Positions 1 to 10,717 of a stretch of DNA of 61,051 bases are shown one piece after another. Under the pieces are notes generated by a model. The model saw only the letters and a program-made list of their open reading frames with translations. It was not told the origin of the DNA and made no database searches. The translations under genes and the position numbers were made by a program. Location: the IMG/VR virus record IMGVR_UViG_3300044638_006390, positions 1 through 61,051 of that record; one strand, written 5' to 3'. Positions within the stretch are counted from its first letter, which is position 1. Each line of letters begins with the position of its first letter. Source of the DNA: a virus. Taxonomy: Duplodnaviria > Caudoviricetes.

Positions 1-1814
1 TTACCATAAGAGACTACGTCTTCATTATAGAATTTATTCCATTGACTTTGAACTTTTCTTCCAAAAGAGTCTTGGAATTCTTTTCTTGTAAGGTAGTTAT
101 CTGCTTGCTCGATCGATCTTTTTATAACATTTGAATCAGGAGCGCCTATTAAGCCGTTACTCTTTCTAAATCTTTTAGCCATCTGATCATAAAAATCGTC
201 ATCACTTGTTGCTATTATCTGTTTGCGTCCCAAAGTTATTCTATTTGAGACTTCCATTGTTTTGTATGTGTTTGGAAGTTCTTGTATTTTTATTGATCTA
301 GCAAAATTTGCAGCGGCTTTGGCATCGGTTCCATTGTGCCTGAGATAGTTTTCAAGCTGTCTTCTGTACATTGTTTCTTGTACGGCTCTACCAAATTGAC
401 TTCTGTCTATAGAAGAGTTACCTGGACCACCAGATCCTTTTAATCCTCCAACGGACCCTGCAAAAGCAGAAAACTTACTTCTATGTTGGCCTTGAACAAC
501 GTTGATTGCATTTTCCAAGGCTTCTGTAGCAGACTTATTTGGGCCTAACTTAATTGCGTTTACTGCTTCATCAAAGCTTTTAGCCCCAGATACTACATCG
601 TATCCTTGTTTCATTACCTTGAATTGCTCGCCAAAAGCCCTGAAGCCATGAGTAAAGCCTCTCATGGAAGGAAGTGTGTCGACTAACCCTTGGTAATTTT
701 CATCTCCAACTGTAGAACCAAGAAAGAGTGCTTTAGCTTTTTGGGTTGCTATTTTTAACCTTCCAGCTTGAGATGCTTCTAGGTAATCCCCCATGGCTGC
801 CATACCATGTCTTGCCTGCTGCATCGCAAATACAGGAGAACCTTGATTTGCTGATGCATTTTCAACACCTAGGTTAAATGCCCCAGAAGCACTTGATGCA
901 AACCTGGAACCTTTATTTATTAGATCTCCAGCATCATGGCCAACTTCTCGCAAAACAGTTCTTAAGTCTGCAAACCTGTCTGCAGTTCTCATCTGCTTTG
1001 CTGTTAATGCTAAGTTAGGATTATTAGCATAAGGTGCGTTCATGTAGAACTTGCTTCTCGCAAGAACTCCTCCACCAACTGCAGATCCTCCAGTTATGAA
1101 TGCAGCGTTTTTAACAGATTCTTTTGCGAAGTCTGCTATCACGTCTACTGGGTTATACCAGTTTACTTTGCGCTTATCTTGATTGTGTCCAAATAATGGT
1201 TCTACAACAGCTTTCTGGCCAACATAAAGTGCTGGCAATTCGTAGGGAAGTCTCCTTGCATGCTTTACAAGTCTTTGCTGTATATCATCTCTGAGAGACC
1301 ATACAGAAGCTGGCTCTCTAGTTGTTCCACCGCCTGCTTGCTGGACTTCTCTTCCGGTGATGTAGGTTCCGTTTTCAAGGATTTCATCGCCATCTGCAAT
1401 AGTCCTTGTAAATCCAGTAGTTAGCTTTCCATCTTTTTCAAAAACAAGTTTTGAGTATGGGTCTACTGTATCATCCACATACCTGGACAGACCCTCTAAC
1501 TCATCAAGCCCTCTTCTTAGTTGAGTTATGGTATCAACAGCTCTAGTCGATGCAATGTTGCCAAGTTCGGCCGAGCTTTGAATAGTCTTTGCTAGCTTTA
1601 GGCCTTGGCCTTTTAGCATCTTGCCAGCAACACTCATGGCAACAACAGAAGCTGCCGTTGTTGCAAAAAAGCGCATAACGGGATGACCGTTAAGCGCTTT
1701 GCCTACAAAGCCACTATTGGGACTTGGGCCTTCTGATTCACCTTCTTGAATTGGAAGATCTCTAGAGGTAAGCCCATGCCCTATGCTTGATATCGGTCCA
1801 CGGTCTCTTATCAC
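1..1814 (-). CDS. Large virion protein, probable tape measure protein (partial, runs off left edge; not in ORF track)
   Basis: GTG at 1814 after AGGAG; manual translation MIRDRGPISSIGHGLTSRDLPIQEG... is open in the parts read and at the left edge; Ala/Gly-rich; follows two chaperone-like genes. Confidence 0.6.
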   Translation of the reverse strand, partial: MIRDRGPISSIGHGLTSRDLPIQEGESEGPSPNSGFVGKALNGHPVMRFFATTAASVVAMSVAGKMLKGQGLKLAKTIQSSAELGNIASTRAVDTITQLRRGLDELEGLSRYVDDTVDPYSKLVFEKDGKLTTGFTRTIADGDEILENGTYITGREVQQAGGGTTREPASVWSLRDDIQQRLVKHARRLPYELPALYVGQKAVVEPLFGHNQDKRKVNWYNPVDVIADFAKESVKNAAFITGGSAVGGGVLARSKFYMNAPYANNPNLALTAKQMRTADRFADLRTVLREVGHDAGDLINKGSRFASSASGAFNLGVENASANQGSPVFAMQQARHGMAAMGDYLEASQAGRLKIATQKAKALFLGSTVGDENYQGLVDTLPSMRGFTHGFRAFGEQFKVMKQGYDVVSGAKSFDEAVNAIKLGPNKSATEALENAINVVQGQHRSKFSAFAGSVGGLKGSGGPGNSSIDRSQFGRAVQETMYRRQLENYLRHNGTDAKAAANFARSIKIQELPNTYKTMEVSNRITLGRKQIIATSDDDFYDQMAKRFRKSNGLIGAPDSNVIKRSIEQADNYLTRKEFQDSFGRKVQSQWNKFYNEDVVSYG

Positions 1815-1829
1815 TTAAGATTACTCCTA

Positions 1830-2456
1830 CTAGCTTCCCCATAGTTTCTTAGCTACAGGGTCTTCATATTTAGCTTCTCCATCTTTTCTTGATGAATTAT
1901 ATCTGTTGGCAAGATCTTTTTTCTTTTCAATTTCTTCTTGCGGATCTATTAATTGTAGAGATATATTTGTTGACTCCATGCCATTTATATTTTGTTTTAT
2001 CTCTATGATTTTTTCTGCCATTGCAACATTTTCAGCCAATTTAGAAAACGTCATATTATCAAGATCTTCTGGTCTATATGTATGTATAGTAGCCAGTACA
2101 AAGGCCTTCATTAAACTTCTTACTTCAGAAGCTTTATCTCTTTGCTCGTCAAGAATACTCTTAGCTTTTTTAGCTGAAGAAAAACCAGACTCTTCCAGTA
2201 TCTCTTGAGCCAAGTACGATATTATGCCTGCTGGATATATGTTTGCATCAAAGTTCTCTGGATACACAACAGATTTTTTAATAATTAACTCTTCTACATC
2301 TGCTGAAGAAAAGTCTTTATCTTTCTGAAATTGTGCTACCTCATCAAACTCCGCAAAAGTTAGCTCTCTAAAAAGAACTTCTTGATCTTTAATGTAAGTT
2401 TGAAAAACAGATCCATATATTTTTTTTACTTCATATAGAAGATCTGGGGTTACCAT
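1830..2456 (-). CDS. Putative tail assembly chaperone (paralogue 2)
   Basis: Shares FRELTFAEF / AGIISYLAQEILEESGF motifs with the upstream gene; lies between tube genes and putative tape measure. Confidence 0.6.
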   Translation of the reverse strand: MVTPDLLYEVKKIYGSVFQTYIKDQEVLFRELTFAEFDEVAQFQKDKDFSSADVEELIIKKSVVYPENFDANIYPAGIISYLAQEILEESGFSSAKKAKSILDEQRDKASEVRSLMKAFVLATIHTYRPEDLDNMTFSKLAENVAMAEKIIEIKQNINGMESTNISLQLIDPQEEIEKKKDLANRYNSSRKDGEAKYEDPVAKKLWGS

Positions 2457-2458
2457 GA

Positions 2459-2998
2459 TTACAGTTGTCTGACCTCTAAGGCAACGAACCCTGAAGCCTC
2501 AAGAACTTCTTGTGAGATAAGGGATGGAAGTCCTGCCATCTCTCTGACCATGTCTCCAACTTCGGAGGTTGGGAAGAGTACACATAGCTCTGTTATAGCT
2601 TCTTCGTTCCAAAGATTAGCTTCAGCAGAACTAAGCTGTCCAGACTGAACCATTTGTTCCATCTTCTTTACGAGTTGCTTATACTCTAGTCTACCAAGAG
2701 GTCTCCAAGCAACGTGCTTCTCGTACGATATAGAGGTAACATATACTTCTCCGTACTCTTTCTTCCAAGCCTTAATCTGACCAGCTGTTGGCCCATCTGG
2801 CCAAACCTCTTCATCGTCAGGAAGATCTTCTACAGAAGATGGCTCAAACTCTTCTGCGTCGATGTCTGGAATAATTGTAATGGTGTCTTGTTCACCTTCG
2901 TCTGCAGCTTCTTCTACAATTGAATAAATCTCATCTGCGCCTACTTCTTTTGCCATTTCTGACGAACCAGTAACCGTTACTTTTCTACCTTGTGCCAT
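2459..2998 (-). CDS. Putative tail assembly chaperone (paralogue 1)
   Basis: Acidic N-terminus, WKKEYGEVY...WRPLGRLEY...AGLPSLISQEVLEASGF; synteny. Confidence 0.6.
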   Translation of the reverse strand: MAQGRKVTVTGSSEMAKEVGADEIYSIVEEAADEGEQDTITIIPDIDAEEFEPSSVEDLPDDEEVWPDGPTAGQIKAWKKEYGEVYVTSISYEKHVAWRPLGRLEYKQLVKKMEQMVQSGQLSSAEANLWNEEAITELCVLFPTSEVGDMVREMAGLPSLISQEVLEASGFVALEVRQL

Positions 2999-3048
2999 TT
3001 TACATTTCTCCTATTTTAGAATATATAATTAATATTATATCACAACTT

Positions 3049-4146
3049 TTACTGAACAGTACCAAATCCAGTAATATTGAGTCCTGCTGCTATTGCTGTT
3101 ATTTCTGCTGCAGTTAAATCTGCTGTGCCAGTTGTGGCACTCGTTGCTCTTGCTCCACTTGAATTAGTAGAAGCTGTAGATGGACTTGTGGATACTGGTT
3201 TTCTAATCCCGCCATCTGATACATACATATCTCTAGCTAAAAACTGGTAAGTTTCAATCAATGCTTGCCCACCTGGGGCATAGCTTGTTGTCATGCTCAT
3301 TAGCTGGATACTCTGAAGTACTATATCCATACTACTTGATGCAGTCTTTTGGACTAATCTTTCATTGTAATCAGTAGCCATCATTCTATCTAGAACACTA
3401 AAATTGTCTTCGTTATTGGTTCCTTTGTTAGTTCCAATTGTTGTAACAGAACCTTCTTGTGTTCCGTATTTTACAATAAAGTTAAAAGGTGGATGTGCTG
3501 AAAATATGTTTCTCATATCAGAACTACCTGGATCTCCAGATAGTCTGTCTAGACTTCCAGCGCCCTTGTTTCCATTAGCCCAATACTTTTGGATGTTTTT
3601 TTCATCCTCATCTGATTCAGCTCCACTTAAAAGTTTTGATTGAATTCTTTTTGAATCTTTTCCTTCTTTAAAAGCTAATGCTCTTTGGTCTGCAGCTTTA
3701 GAAAGTAGATCTCTCATTCTTCCTGGGTATCTTGAATACACAGAAAATTCTCCACTGATTATTCTGGTTCCAGTCATCATTACATCATAGTTGTATGACC
3801 AAAAACCATACAATGGTTGCTTCTCTTGTTTTATAAGGAAAGCAAAGTTTGCGATGTCAAGTTCATCGCCGGCATCAAATAGGCCATCCATGTATATTTT
3901 AACATCTTCACCAGAAAAGTAATAATCATAATAGTTACTAAACTTTGCTGTATCATCTACTTTGCCTGCCCACTTTAAGTCAATGTCTTCATTGAGTGGA
4001 TCAAAGCTTTTTGGATTTATAATGTCTAAAGTATTTAAGTTACCTTTAGCATCAAAGGTTTGATTGTAGAATTGAGGACTAACGTAAGAACTAAAAGGTC
4101 TGTACATTTTTCTGCCTGGTTGATTTTGACTATTGCCTACTACCAT
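3049..4146 (-). CDS. Tail tube-like / baseplate tube-initiator protein
   Basis: FSGEDV, GTRIISGEF and PPFNF motifs shared with the two adjacent tube-like genes. Confidence 0.6.
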   Translation of the reverse strand: MVVGNSQNQPGRKMYRPFSSYVSPQFYNQTFDAKGNLNTLDIINPKSFDPLNEDIDLKWAGKVDDTAKFSNYYDYYFSGEDVKIYMDGLFDAGDELDIANFAFLIKQEKQPLYGFWSYNYDVMMTGTRIISGEFSVYSRYPGRMRDLLSKAADQRALAFKEGKDSKRIQSKLLSGAESDEDEKNIQKYWANGNKGAGSLDRLSGDPGSSDMRNIFSAHPPFNFIVKYGTQEGSVTTIGTNKGTNNEDNFSVLDRMMATDYNERLVQKTASSSMDIVLQSIQLMSMTTSYAPGGQALIETYQFLARDMYVSDGGIRKPVSTSPSTASTNSSGARATSATTGTADLTAAEITAIAAGLNITGFGTVQ

Positions 4147-4154
4147 TATAATCC

Positions 4155-4856
4155 TTATATTTTTTTTATTCTATCAATAAATGATGTATACGAAGTTAGT
4201 GTGTCTTGAGCAAAGAAGTTTTTTTGTCTCTCGTAATAGACAGCTGCTTCATCTTCTGACAACATTGTTGGATCGTTCTCTATGGATATTAAAGGTTGAA
4301 TTCCTCTAGCCATAAAAGTATAAGTCTGTTCCGTGATAAGGTCGTCTACAGACATTGTACCACCTTCGTCTACTATAGTAACTCCGTATAGTTTCATTTT
4401 AGCCCCAAGACCATATTCATTAAAGAATGATAAAACTATATCGAACGGAGGAAGCATGTCGGCAAGGGGCGCAAAGAAGAGTCCAGATTCAGACATCATT
4501 TGTCTAAACTCTTTAATTCTATAGAAAGCATATTCGTTGAATACTGTGAATATTAATGAACCAGCTATAGTTCTTCCACCCTTGACAAACCCTCTGGGAT
4601 TAACGTGTCCCAGTGTTCTTATTGGGGCATTCTCTCTATGTATTGAGTAGGAGATAGTTTGTATTTCTGCCATCTCAAGAACATCGGCTTCACCTATTGT
4701 TCCTTTTTCTCTATCTATAGTAGGAAGAACTATTGTGGCTGTAATGTCAGTTCCAGAGAACGACATGTTAGAGAATGGGTCTGGTAGTCCTTTTGCAGCT
4801 CTATTTGAACTTATTGAAGTCTGTTCATACTTCCAGTTTTGTTGCTTTGATTCCAT
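4155..4856 (-). CDS. Tail tube-like protein
   Basis: FSGTDI, GGRTIAGSLIFTVF, PPFDI; clear paralogue of 4932-5621. Confidence 0.65.
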   Translation of the reverse strand: MESKQQNWKYEQTSISSNRAAKGLPDPFSNMSFSGTDITATIVLPTIDREKGTIGEADVLEMAEIQTISYSIHRENAPIRTLGHVNPRGFVKGGRTIAGSLIFTVFNEYAFYRIKEFRQMMSESGLFFAPLADMLPPFDIVLSFFNEYGLGAKMKLYGVTIVDEGGTMSVDDLITEQTYTFMARGIQPLISIENDPTMLSEDEAAVYYERQKNFFAQDTLTSYTSFIDRIKKI

Positions 4857-4868
4857 TATACCTGCCTA

Positions 4869-4910
4869 TAAAAAAGCATAGAGGACCTGTATTAACAAGT
4901 CCTCCACGCC
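4869..4910 (-). terminator. Probable intrinsic terminator after tail tube gene
   Basis: GAGGAC...GTCCTC inverted repeat with A-run on + strand (U-tract on -). Confidence 0.5.
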
Positions 4911-4931
4911 CTCAGATTGAATTATGTTTAT

Positions 4932-5621
4932 TTATGGTCTGATAATTTGAGTATTCAAACCGCTCTCTCCAGCGGTTTCTCTACTGATAAGATCCTTAAG
5001 ATCGCCAGTATTAAACTTACCAAGATTATCTGTAGTGATTCTGTACATAGGACCGATTTCTCTAGCAACATATGTCATCGTTTCTTCGATTACAATGTCG
5101 TCCATTGAAGCTCCTGAACCTTCGTTCAGAAGTTCTACACCGTAGATTGATCTTACAGCACCCTGGCCGTATTCGTTAACGAAGGTGATTGTAATATCAA
5201 ATGGTGGAATCTGGTCTGCATAGAATGGGACCTGAGAAACAATATCTCTTGCCTGATCGCTCAGTTCAGAGATGCCTCTCTTGTGGTTTGGATCACCAGG
5301 AAGCGTATTGTGCTTTCTGGTAAAGAACTTCATAGATTGATCAGTTGCGTGGTGTGCCTCAAGCATTTGGTAAAGAGCTGGACGATCAAAAACAGTAAAG
5401 ATTAATGATCCTGCAATTCCTCTTTTGCCTCTTGAGAATGATCTTGGGTTTGGTGAACCCATTGTATAGATTGGTGCCTTTTCTCTTGTTACAGAAAAAG
5501 TAATTCCTGATAGTGCACCGATTTCAACGCCACCAAAGGTGGCAACAATATCAGCTCCAGAAAATGTAGTATAAGTATTAAGGTACTTATTTACTGGGCC
5601 GTCATAGTATTCGCCTGCCAT
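4932..5621 (-). CDS. Major tail tube protein
   Basis: Directly downstream of sheath; FSGADI, GKRGIAGSLIFTVF, PPFDITITF. Confidence 0.75.
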   Translation of the reverse strand: MAGEYYDGPVNKYLNTYTTFSGADIVATFGGVEIGALSGITFSVTREKAPIYTMGSPNPRSFSRGKRGIAGSLIFTVFDRPALYQMLEAHHATDQSMKFFTRKHNTLPGDPNHKRGISELSDQARDIVSQVPFYADQIPPFDITITFVNEYGQGAVRSIYGVELLNEGSGASMDDIVIEETMTYVAREIGPMYRITTDNLGKFNTGDLKDLISRETAGESGLNTQIIRP

Positions 5622-5661
5622 AGTATACCCTCCAATTCGGTATTAAAAATATATGGTTTAT

Positions 5662-6924
5662 TTATAGGTTAATAGCTACTTGAACTTCAATGTTCTTGAG
5701 TTCAAATGCTGGTGTTATCACGAGATCGATAAACGCTTTGTTCTCTGCTGGAATGTAAGAGACTGCAAAGTCACTGTCCAGAAGAGCTCCAAGCTGTTGC
5801 ATCCCGCGCAAGGCAGAGGTAATTGCTGTTTCCATCGAGTTACGTGTTTGTATTGTTGATGGTTCACCAATAAACTTCTGACAAACTTGTCTGATTAACA
5901 ACGAAGCTTCTGTTACAATTCTCATTGTAGAAACTCTTGTGTAGTCAGAGGTTGAACCTGCAAGTGTCAAACCTTCGATGAAGGTTGGAACCTTATTAAA
6001 GTTCAGTGCTAGGCAGTTTACCCCAAGATTAGAAAGCGTAAGCTGTTGTGATCTTGTTGGGTTATATCTGATTGAAGATACATTGTATGCTGTCTTGTTA
6101 ACAGGAGAGGTGAATGAAGACATTCTGCTTATTGCAGCAGCAAGTGTTGTTGCTCCATTAGTGTAGCCCCAAGCTGTTGGATAATTCACTGGCTTTAATT
6201 CTGTTGCAATTACAACAACGTGACGGCCAACTTCTGCTAGGCTTGCATTATCTCTTGACAAGAGACTTGCAGGACCAGCTCCAAGATGCGTTCCAACCTG
6301 ACTTGGAGTCATTGACTCATAGTTAGATGTGGATGGATTCCATGGCTTGATTCCCATTACAGCAAAGCATGGGTGCGAATTTTCTGCAATGTCTTTAACA
6401 GCATTTGCAACTTTGACTGCCCAGCTCTTTGTTGGGTCAGTTGAGTTATTTGCGTAGAAGCCATACTCTTCGTCATCACCAGGAGTAGCAGTACCCTGCC
6501 AGTCATTAGGATTGCCACCACGACCCCAAGGGATGATGATGTCTGGCTGTGAAGCCTCAGCAGCTGCAAAAGCAGCGTCAAAGATGTTAACTGGTGTTGC
6601 AGCGCCGTCTGTTATGGTTCCATTGGTATGGTTCCATACTGTAGCAACAGGGAGTGGAACGATATAAATTCTTTCTGCACCACCTGCAACGAGCTCAATA
6701 AAACCTTTGTGAATTGGTGAGTTCTCACCAAATGCTGTGATAATGTCAGATTCTGTAGTAGCCTGAACTACGTCAAGATCCTGAACATATTGAGTGCCGT
6801 CTGCATGAACCGGATTAATAGTTCTTTGTGCAATGAGGCACACTCTTGGTCCGACAGGAATGTCCTGACGGGAGATGCTATAAAAGCGATCTTTAATTAT
6901 AGTTTTTACACCTGGTAAAGCCAT
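5662..6924 (-). CDS. Tail sheath protein
   Basis: N-terminal LPGV; C-terminal sheath-like signature (LGVN...YTRVSTMRI...FIGEP...ITPAFELKNIEV). Confidence 0.85.
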   Translation of the reverse strand: MALPGVKTIIKDRFYSISRQDIPVGPRVCLIAQRTINPVHADGTQYVQDLDVVQATTESDIITAFGENSPIHKGFIELVAGGAERIYIVPLPVATVWNHTNGTITDGAATPVNIFDAAFAAAEASQPDIIIPWGRGGNPNDWQGTATPGDDEEYGFYANNSTDPTKSWAVKVANAVKDIAENSHPCFAVMGIKPWNPSTSNYESMTPSQVGTHLGAGPASLLSRDNASLAEVGRHVVVIATELKPVNYPTAWGYTNGATTLAAAISRMSSFTSPVNKTAYNVSSIRYNPTRSQQLTLSNLGVNCLALNFNKVPTFIEGLTLAGSTSDYTRVSTMRIVTEASLLIRQVCQKFIGEPSTIQTRNSMETAITSALRGMQQLGALLDSDFAVSYIPAENKAFIDLVITPAFELKNIEVQVAINL

Positions 6925-6973
6925 TAGATTTAAGTCCTCCGATTGCGGCGATTTGACAATTTTACTTCAGTCA

Positions 6974-6980
6974 TATAGTA
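6974..6980 (-). promoter_or_regulatory. TACTATA candidate late-promoter motif (representative; similar copies near 10709, 11012, 18184, 27326, 31096, 33980, 48641, 50168, and on + near 52218)
   Basis: Recurs in short intergenic gaps upstream of start codons in the sense orientation. Confidence 0.55.
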
Positions 6981-7007
6981 ATAGCCTAGCTATCGAAACA
7001 AACTACA

Positions 7008-7748
7008 TTAAGTATTTGGAGTGGCAGTCTGGTGCAAATCTATAATATTTAGCTCACTGTTGGTAAAGTCTGGAGTGGCCATTGAATATCTTTGATCTAA
7101 AATAGACTGCTCATAGGCCATATATCTACGTACGTCTATTGCTATTCTCTCAATAGTGTCAACAGTTGTAGCTATTAGCTTTTCTGTAGTTAGCATATAG
7201 GTTATAGTTCTTTTGACTATATCGGTTGAATCCCTATTTATGTCTGAGTCTGACAATCTTCTTGAGTACACTAACTCTGCTGCCCCTAGTCTTTTGAAAA
7301 CTGGAGTGTGCTCTAACATAAAATCTTCAAATATTTCAGCTAGATTATCTGCTACTTGAGCTCCTGAATATCTTTTTTCTAATTCATTTTCAGCAGTGCC
7401 TGCATTTGCCCTTGTTATTATAGTAAAACTTACTACATTTTGAAACCTTTGACCAAATACCATTACATCTTTAGTGTTCTGAGTGTTTCTAGTTCTTGGC
7501 TTAGGCTCATTACTGTGTGTTTTTCTAATTTCAAGACCGTAAACTATAGTAGGATACTCTGCATACTGACCACCAGATGTTGGCTGTAGCTTAATGTCTG
7601 GATATGCGTTTTCCCAGAGTGCTTTTACAACTGCTATAAATTCTAAATAGCTAAGATTGCCAGAAGCTTGAAGCGGTGCACCAAATCTTCTGTCATTATT
7701 TATTTCATTGACTCCTGTTACGGGAAACCTGAAAGCATTTTGTGACAT
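7008..7748 (-). CDS. Putative tail terminator/completion protein
   Basis: 246 aa between neck and sheath genes; synteny only. Confidence 0.45.
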   Translation of the reverse strand: MSQNAFRFPVTGVNEINNDRRFGAPLQASGNLSYLEFIAVVKALWENAYPDIKLQPTSGGQYAEYPTIVYGLEIRKTHSNEPKPRTRNTQNTKDVMVFGQRFQNVVSFTIITRANAGTAENELEKRYSGAQVADNLAEIFEDFMLEHTPVFKRLGAAELVYSRRLSDSDINRDSTDIVKRTITYMLTTEKLIATTVDTIERIAIDVRRYMAYEQSILDQRYSMATPDFTNSELNIIDLHQTATPNT

Positions 7749-7749
7749 T

Positions 7750-9342
7750 TTATGTTCCTCTACCTGTAGCTACATTAAAACTTATACTTCTTAAAGTCCT
7801 AACTGATGTCAAAGAAATATTAAAATATATCTTTCCTTTTTCTAGCTTGTCTGCAAATGCGTCAAAATGATAATCTCTTATTATGTCGCCAGACTTTAAA
7901 GAATTTAAAAGAGCGTCAACACTTCTTATTAACTTGTCATAAGAAAACTTGCCTAAAGAAGAAAAACTCATAGACTGGATTTCTGCTATAAGCATAGCAA
8001 CTAGTCTAATATTGGATGCGTCAGCGTAGTTCTCGCTAATTGACATCGTTAAGTCTCCACTTATTCGAACATTATAAGGAGTTCCTTTTCTAGTTCTGTG
8101 TGCTGGAGTTATGGAATTTATTTTAAGATCTGACAATTGTTTTGCTTGTAGCGAGCTTAGGCCTCCATTTGCTGCAGCGAGTGCAGAAGGTACTTGTTTC
8201 TTAGCTAAACCATAGTCAACCCTAGTAGAAGCTAAGACTGAAGCAAAAGCGGCTGCTGAAGATGAAGAATAAGTTTTTTGTGCTTGCTTATGATTAAATA
8301 TACATTCTCCATAAACTAAAAGCATATACTTACCCGTATCTTTAGTTATGAATCCATCTTGAGTAGTCTCAGATAATAGATTAAAATCTTTTGACATAAG
8401 TTCAGCAATATCGGAATCAGTGCTGTTAACACTTCTTGATCCTATTACTCCAAGTTGAACTTCGCCTGTAACTAGTTGTACGGAATTGCAATGATCTGCT
8501 AACTGTCTAACAAAATTAACATTTTCAGTAGAAACAATAGAAGTTTCAAGTGGAACTATTATATCTAAAAACTCATAATCTTTTATTATGTTATAACACT
8601 TTTGAAGTCGTGCATAGTATAGTTCATAAAAAGAATAAACGTTTGGAGTTGCACTTGAGTCTGCATAAGTTTTTATGTTTCTTCTTGCTACTTCAGGCTG
8701 ATACTCGTTCATGTATCCAGCAGACATAATATAAATATCTCTTGCTCCACACGAGTATGCGTCTAATAAGCCTCTAAGTAGCGGCGATTCCATATCTGCT
8801 CTTAGTGCATTGATTCCATCTTGCATTGATGTTATTCTATAAATCGAATACGGCTCCATTGCGCTCGTATGACCAATTAACATAACAGTATTAGTTTCAG
8901 AATAACCCATGTCTACATACAGGGATCTACTTCCTACTTGTATACTCTTGTCGGATACTGAATATTCTTGATCAGGCTGCTGAATAGGAGCTTTACACTG
9001 TAGATTAAACTCTCTTAAGTCACTTAAGTCGTCTGCAGTAGTGCTGACCTGTATTGTATACATTCCTTCAAATAAACTAGCTGGAAGAGTCATATTTAAA
9101 ACAAAAGATCCAGTTGACAATCTTTCTAGAGTTGTATTTGAATCTAAGTTTTGTTTTAAAGAAGGAGTAGCTGAATTTATCAAAGATATATTATACTTAA
9201 GTGGGCCAACTATTATTGGTCCTGGTGTATTGTACCCTCTTTTTAGATAGACATAAATATCGTCATCTGGATCAATGTATGTATGCCCAGATCTATAGAC
9301 AAAAGGTATCTCTATTGATTCGCCTGCATTCAAAATTAGCAT
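7750..9342 (-). CDS. Second sheath-like protein with extra N-terminal beta-rich domain
   Basis: GARDIYI (vs GAERIYI in sheath), LKINSI, YADASNIRL, sheath-like C-terminus. Confidence 0.6.
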   Translation of the reverse strand: MLILNAGESIEIPFVYRSGHTYIDPDDDIYVYLKRGYNTPGPIIVGPLKYNISLINSATPSLKQNLDSNTTLERLSTGSFVLNMTLPASLFEGMYTIQVSTTADDLSDLREFNLQCKAPIQQPDQEYSVSDKSIQVGSRSLYVDMGYSETNTVMLIGHTSAMEPYSIYRITSMQDGINALRADMESPLLRGLLDAYSCGARDIYIMSAGYMNEYQPEVARRNIKTYADSSATPNVYSFYELYYARLQKCYNIIKDYEFLDIIVPLETSIVSTENVNFVRQLADHCNSVQLVTGEVQLGVIGSRSVNSTDSDIAELMSKDFNLLSETTQDGFITKDTGKYMLLVYGECIFNHKQAQKTYSSSSAAAFASVLASTRVDYGLAKKQVPSALAAANGGLSSLQAKQLSDLKINSITPAHRTRKGTPYNVRISGDLTMSISENYADASNIRLVAMLIAEIQSMSFSSLGKFSYDKLIRSVDALLNSLKSGDIIRDYHFDAFADKLEKGKIYFNISLTSVRTLRSISFNVATGRGT

Positions 9343-9719
9343 TAGCTAGGGACTTCCTTAGTTGCTCCAACAATCCAATATGTGACTTCGCCGTGTCTTC
9401 CTCTGACTGGGTAAGAGTCGTCTATTAGATACATCATTATAGGCTCTAGTGGATTAAAAGAGCCTTCGTATATTCTATCACCTGGTTTAGGATTTACTGT
9501 TGATTCAAAGTAATATAATAAATCAGAGTTAACAAGTGCACCTTCTGGATACTCTTCTGCTGCTGTAGCTAAAGCAAATTTCTTAGGAAGATGAGATCTT
9601 GTTGTATATCTTTGCATTTCCGTATCATAAACAAAATCGTCAGATAACCTTCTTTGAAAAAGTATGTCATGACCCCATTGTCTTAGTATTTTTTTAAATA
9701 CTTTTTGTGCGTTAATCAT
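9342..9719 (-). CDS. Putative head closure/stopper protein
   Basis: 125 aa, PKPGDRIYE motif, neck-gene position. Confidence 0.55.
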   Translation of the reverse strand: MINAQKVFKKILRQWGHDILFQRRLSDDFVYDTEMQRYTTRSHLPKKFALATAAEEYPEGALVNSDLLYYFESTVNPKPGDRIYEGSFNPLEPIMMYLIDDSYPVRGRHGEVTYWIVGATKEVPS

Positions 9720-10674
9720 ATCTCTTTATATTTCTGTCAGGTATTGGGTCAAACCCTTCCCCACCTGTTTCTCCAGGCCTATACATATCTCTTGATCCGT
9801 ATATAGCATTGTCATTTACATAGATTAATGCACCGGTTTGTGGATCTAAGGAACCTCCACCTTTGTACGTTCTTGAGGTTGGAAGGCCTTTTGGCTGAAC
9901 ACCTCTTAGTCCGACTCTCTTCGTCATTATTTCTTTTCTTAAGGCTGCAGCAATTTGACACCATGTTGTTGCGTTAGCTCTTGTGACGGTAGCTCTAGGA
10001 ACGTTTTTGTTGCTTATTTGTAGATCTCCTAGTTGAACGCTCAGCTCGTCATCTCCACCAAAACCATACGTTCTACTTAGCTCACATGCAACAGACGCTC
10101 TAATATATTCTAATACGGAATATGTAGAGTTTGTTACAGCAGCTATCTTAAGCAAGGGGTCTTCATCTAGTGCTGCAACTTGAGTGATCCCATACAATTG
10201 ATTAATTTCATGGGAATACCTATGAATCATTTCACCAATTTCTAACAGTGTTGCGTCTGGGAATATTGGCAACAGCTCTTCTGGGTCAAGATATAGGGGA
10301 GACAAACTTGGTGCAAATACAATTATTTCGTCTTCCCTCAGTGTGACAGTAGGCTTATATTCAACAGAAGGGGTGCTAACATATAGCTGTTGAGTAACCC
10401 TAACATATGAACCGTTAGATAAAAGCCCCAGAAATAGAATACTGTACTCTCCAGCCTTAGTCGGAGTAAAGTCATAATAACACTCTGACGACCCTCCTGA
10501 AGGCACTGGGACGCCTGGATTAGGAGTTATTGCGTTAGCTCCATCTTTGTCAGTAATGTTGACGGAAACAGATACTGGAGAAATTTCTATCTGTTCAGAA
10601 GTGTCTGGATTGACGTCTACAAACTTAACCTTTATACGAACAGTATCGTTAACTAAAACGTTGCCTATAGACAT
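9712..10674 (-). CDS. Putative head-tail adaptor with N-terminal Ig-like domain
   Basis: YYDFTPTKAGEYSI Ig-like segment; SVQLGDLQIS adaptor-like motif. Confidence 0.5.
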   Translation of the reverse strand: MSIGNVLVNDTVRIKVKFVDVNPDTSEQIEISPVSVSVNITDKDGANAITPNPGVPVPSGGSSECYYDFTPTKAGEYSILFLGLLSNGSYVRVTQQLYVSTPSVEYKPTVTLREDEIIVFAPSLSPLYLDPEELLPIFPDATLLEIGEMIHRYSHEINQLYGITQVAALDEDPLLKIAAVTNSTYSVLEYIRASVACELSRTYGFGGDDELSVQLGDLQISNKNVPRATVTRANATTWCQIAAALRKEIMTKRVGLRGVQPKGLPTSRTYKGGGSLDPQTGALIYVNDNAIYGSRDMYRPGETGGEGFDPIPDRNIKRYD

Positions 10675-10717
10675 ATTTACACCTCAAATTAAAGCAGATT
10701 ATAGAATAATAGTAGTG

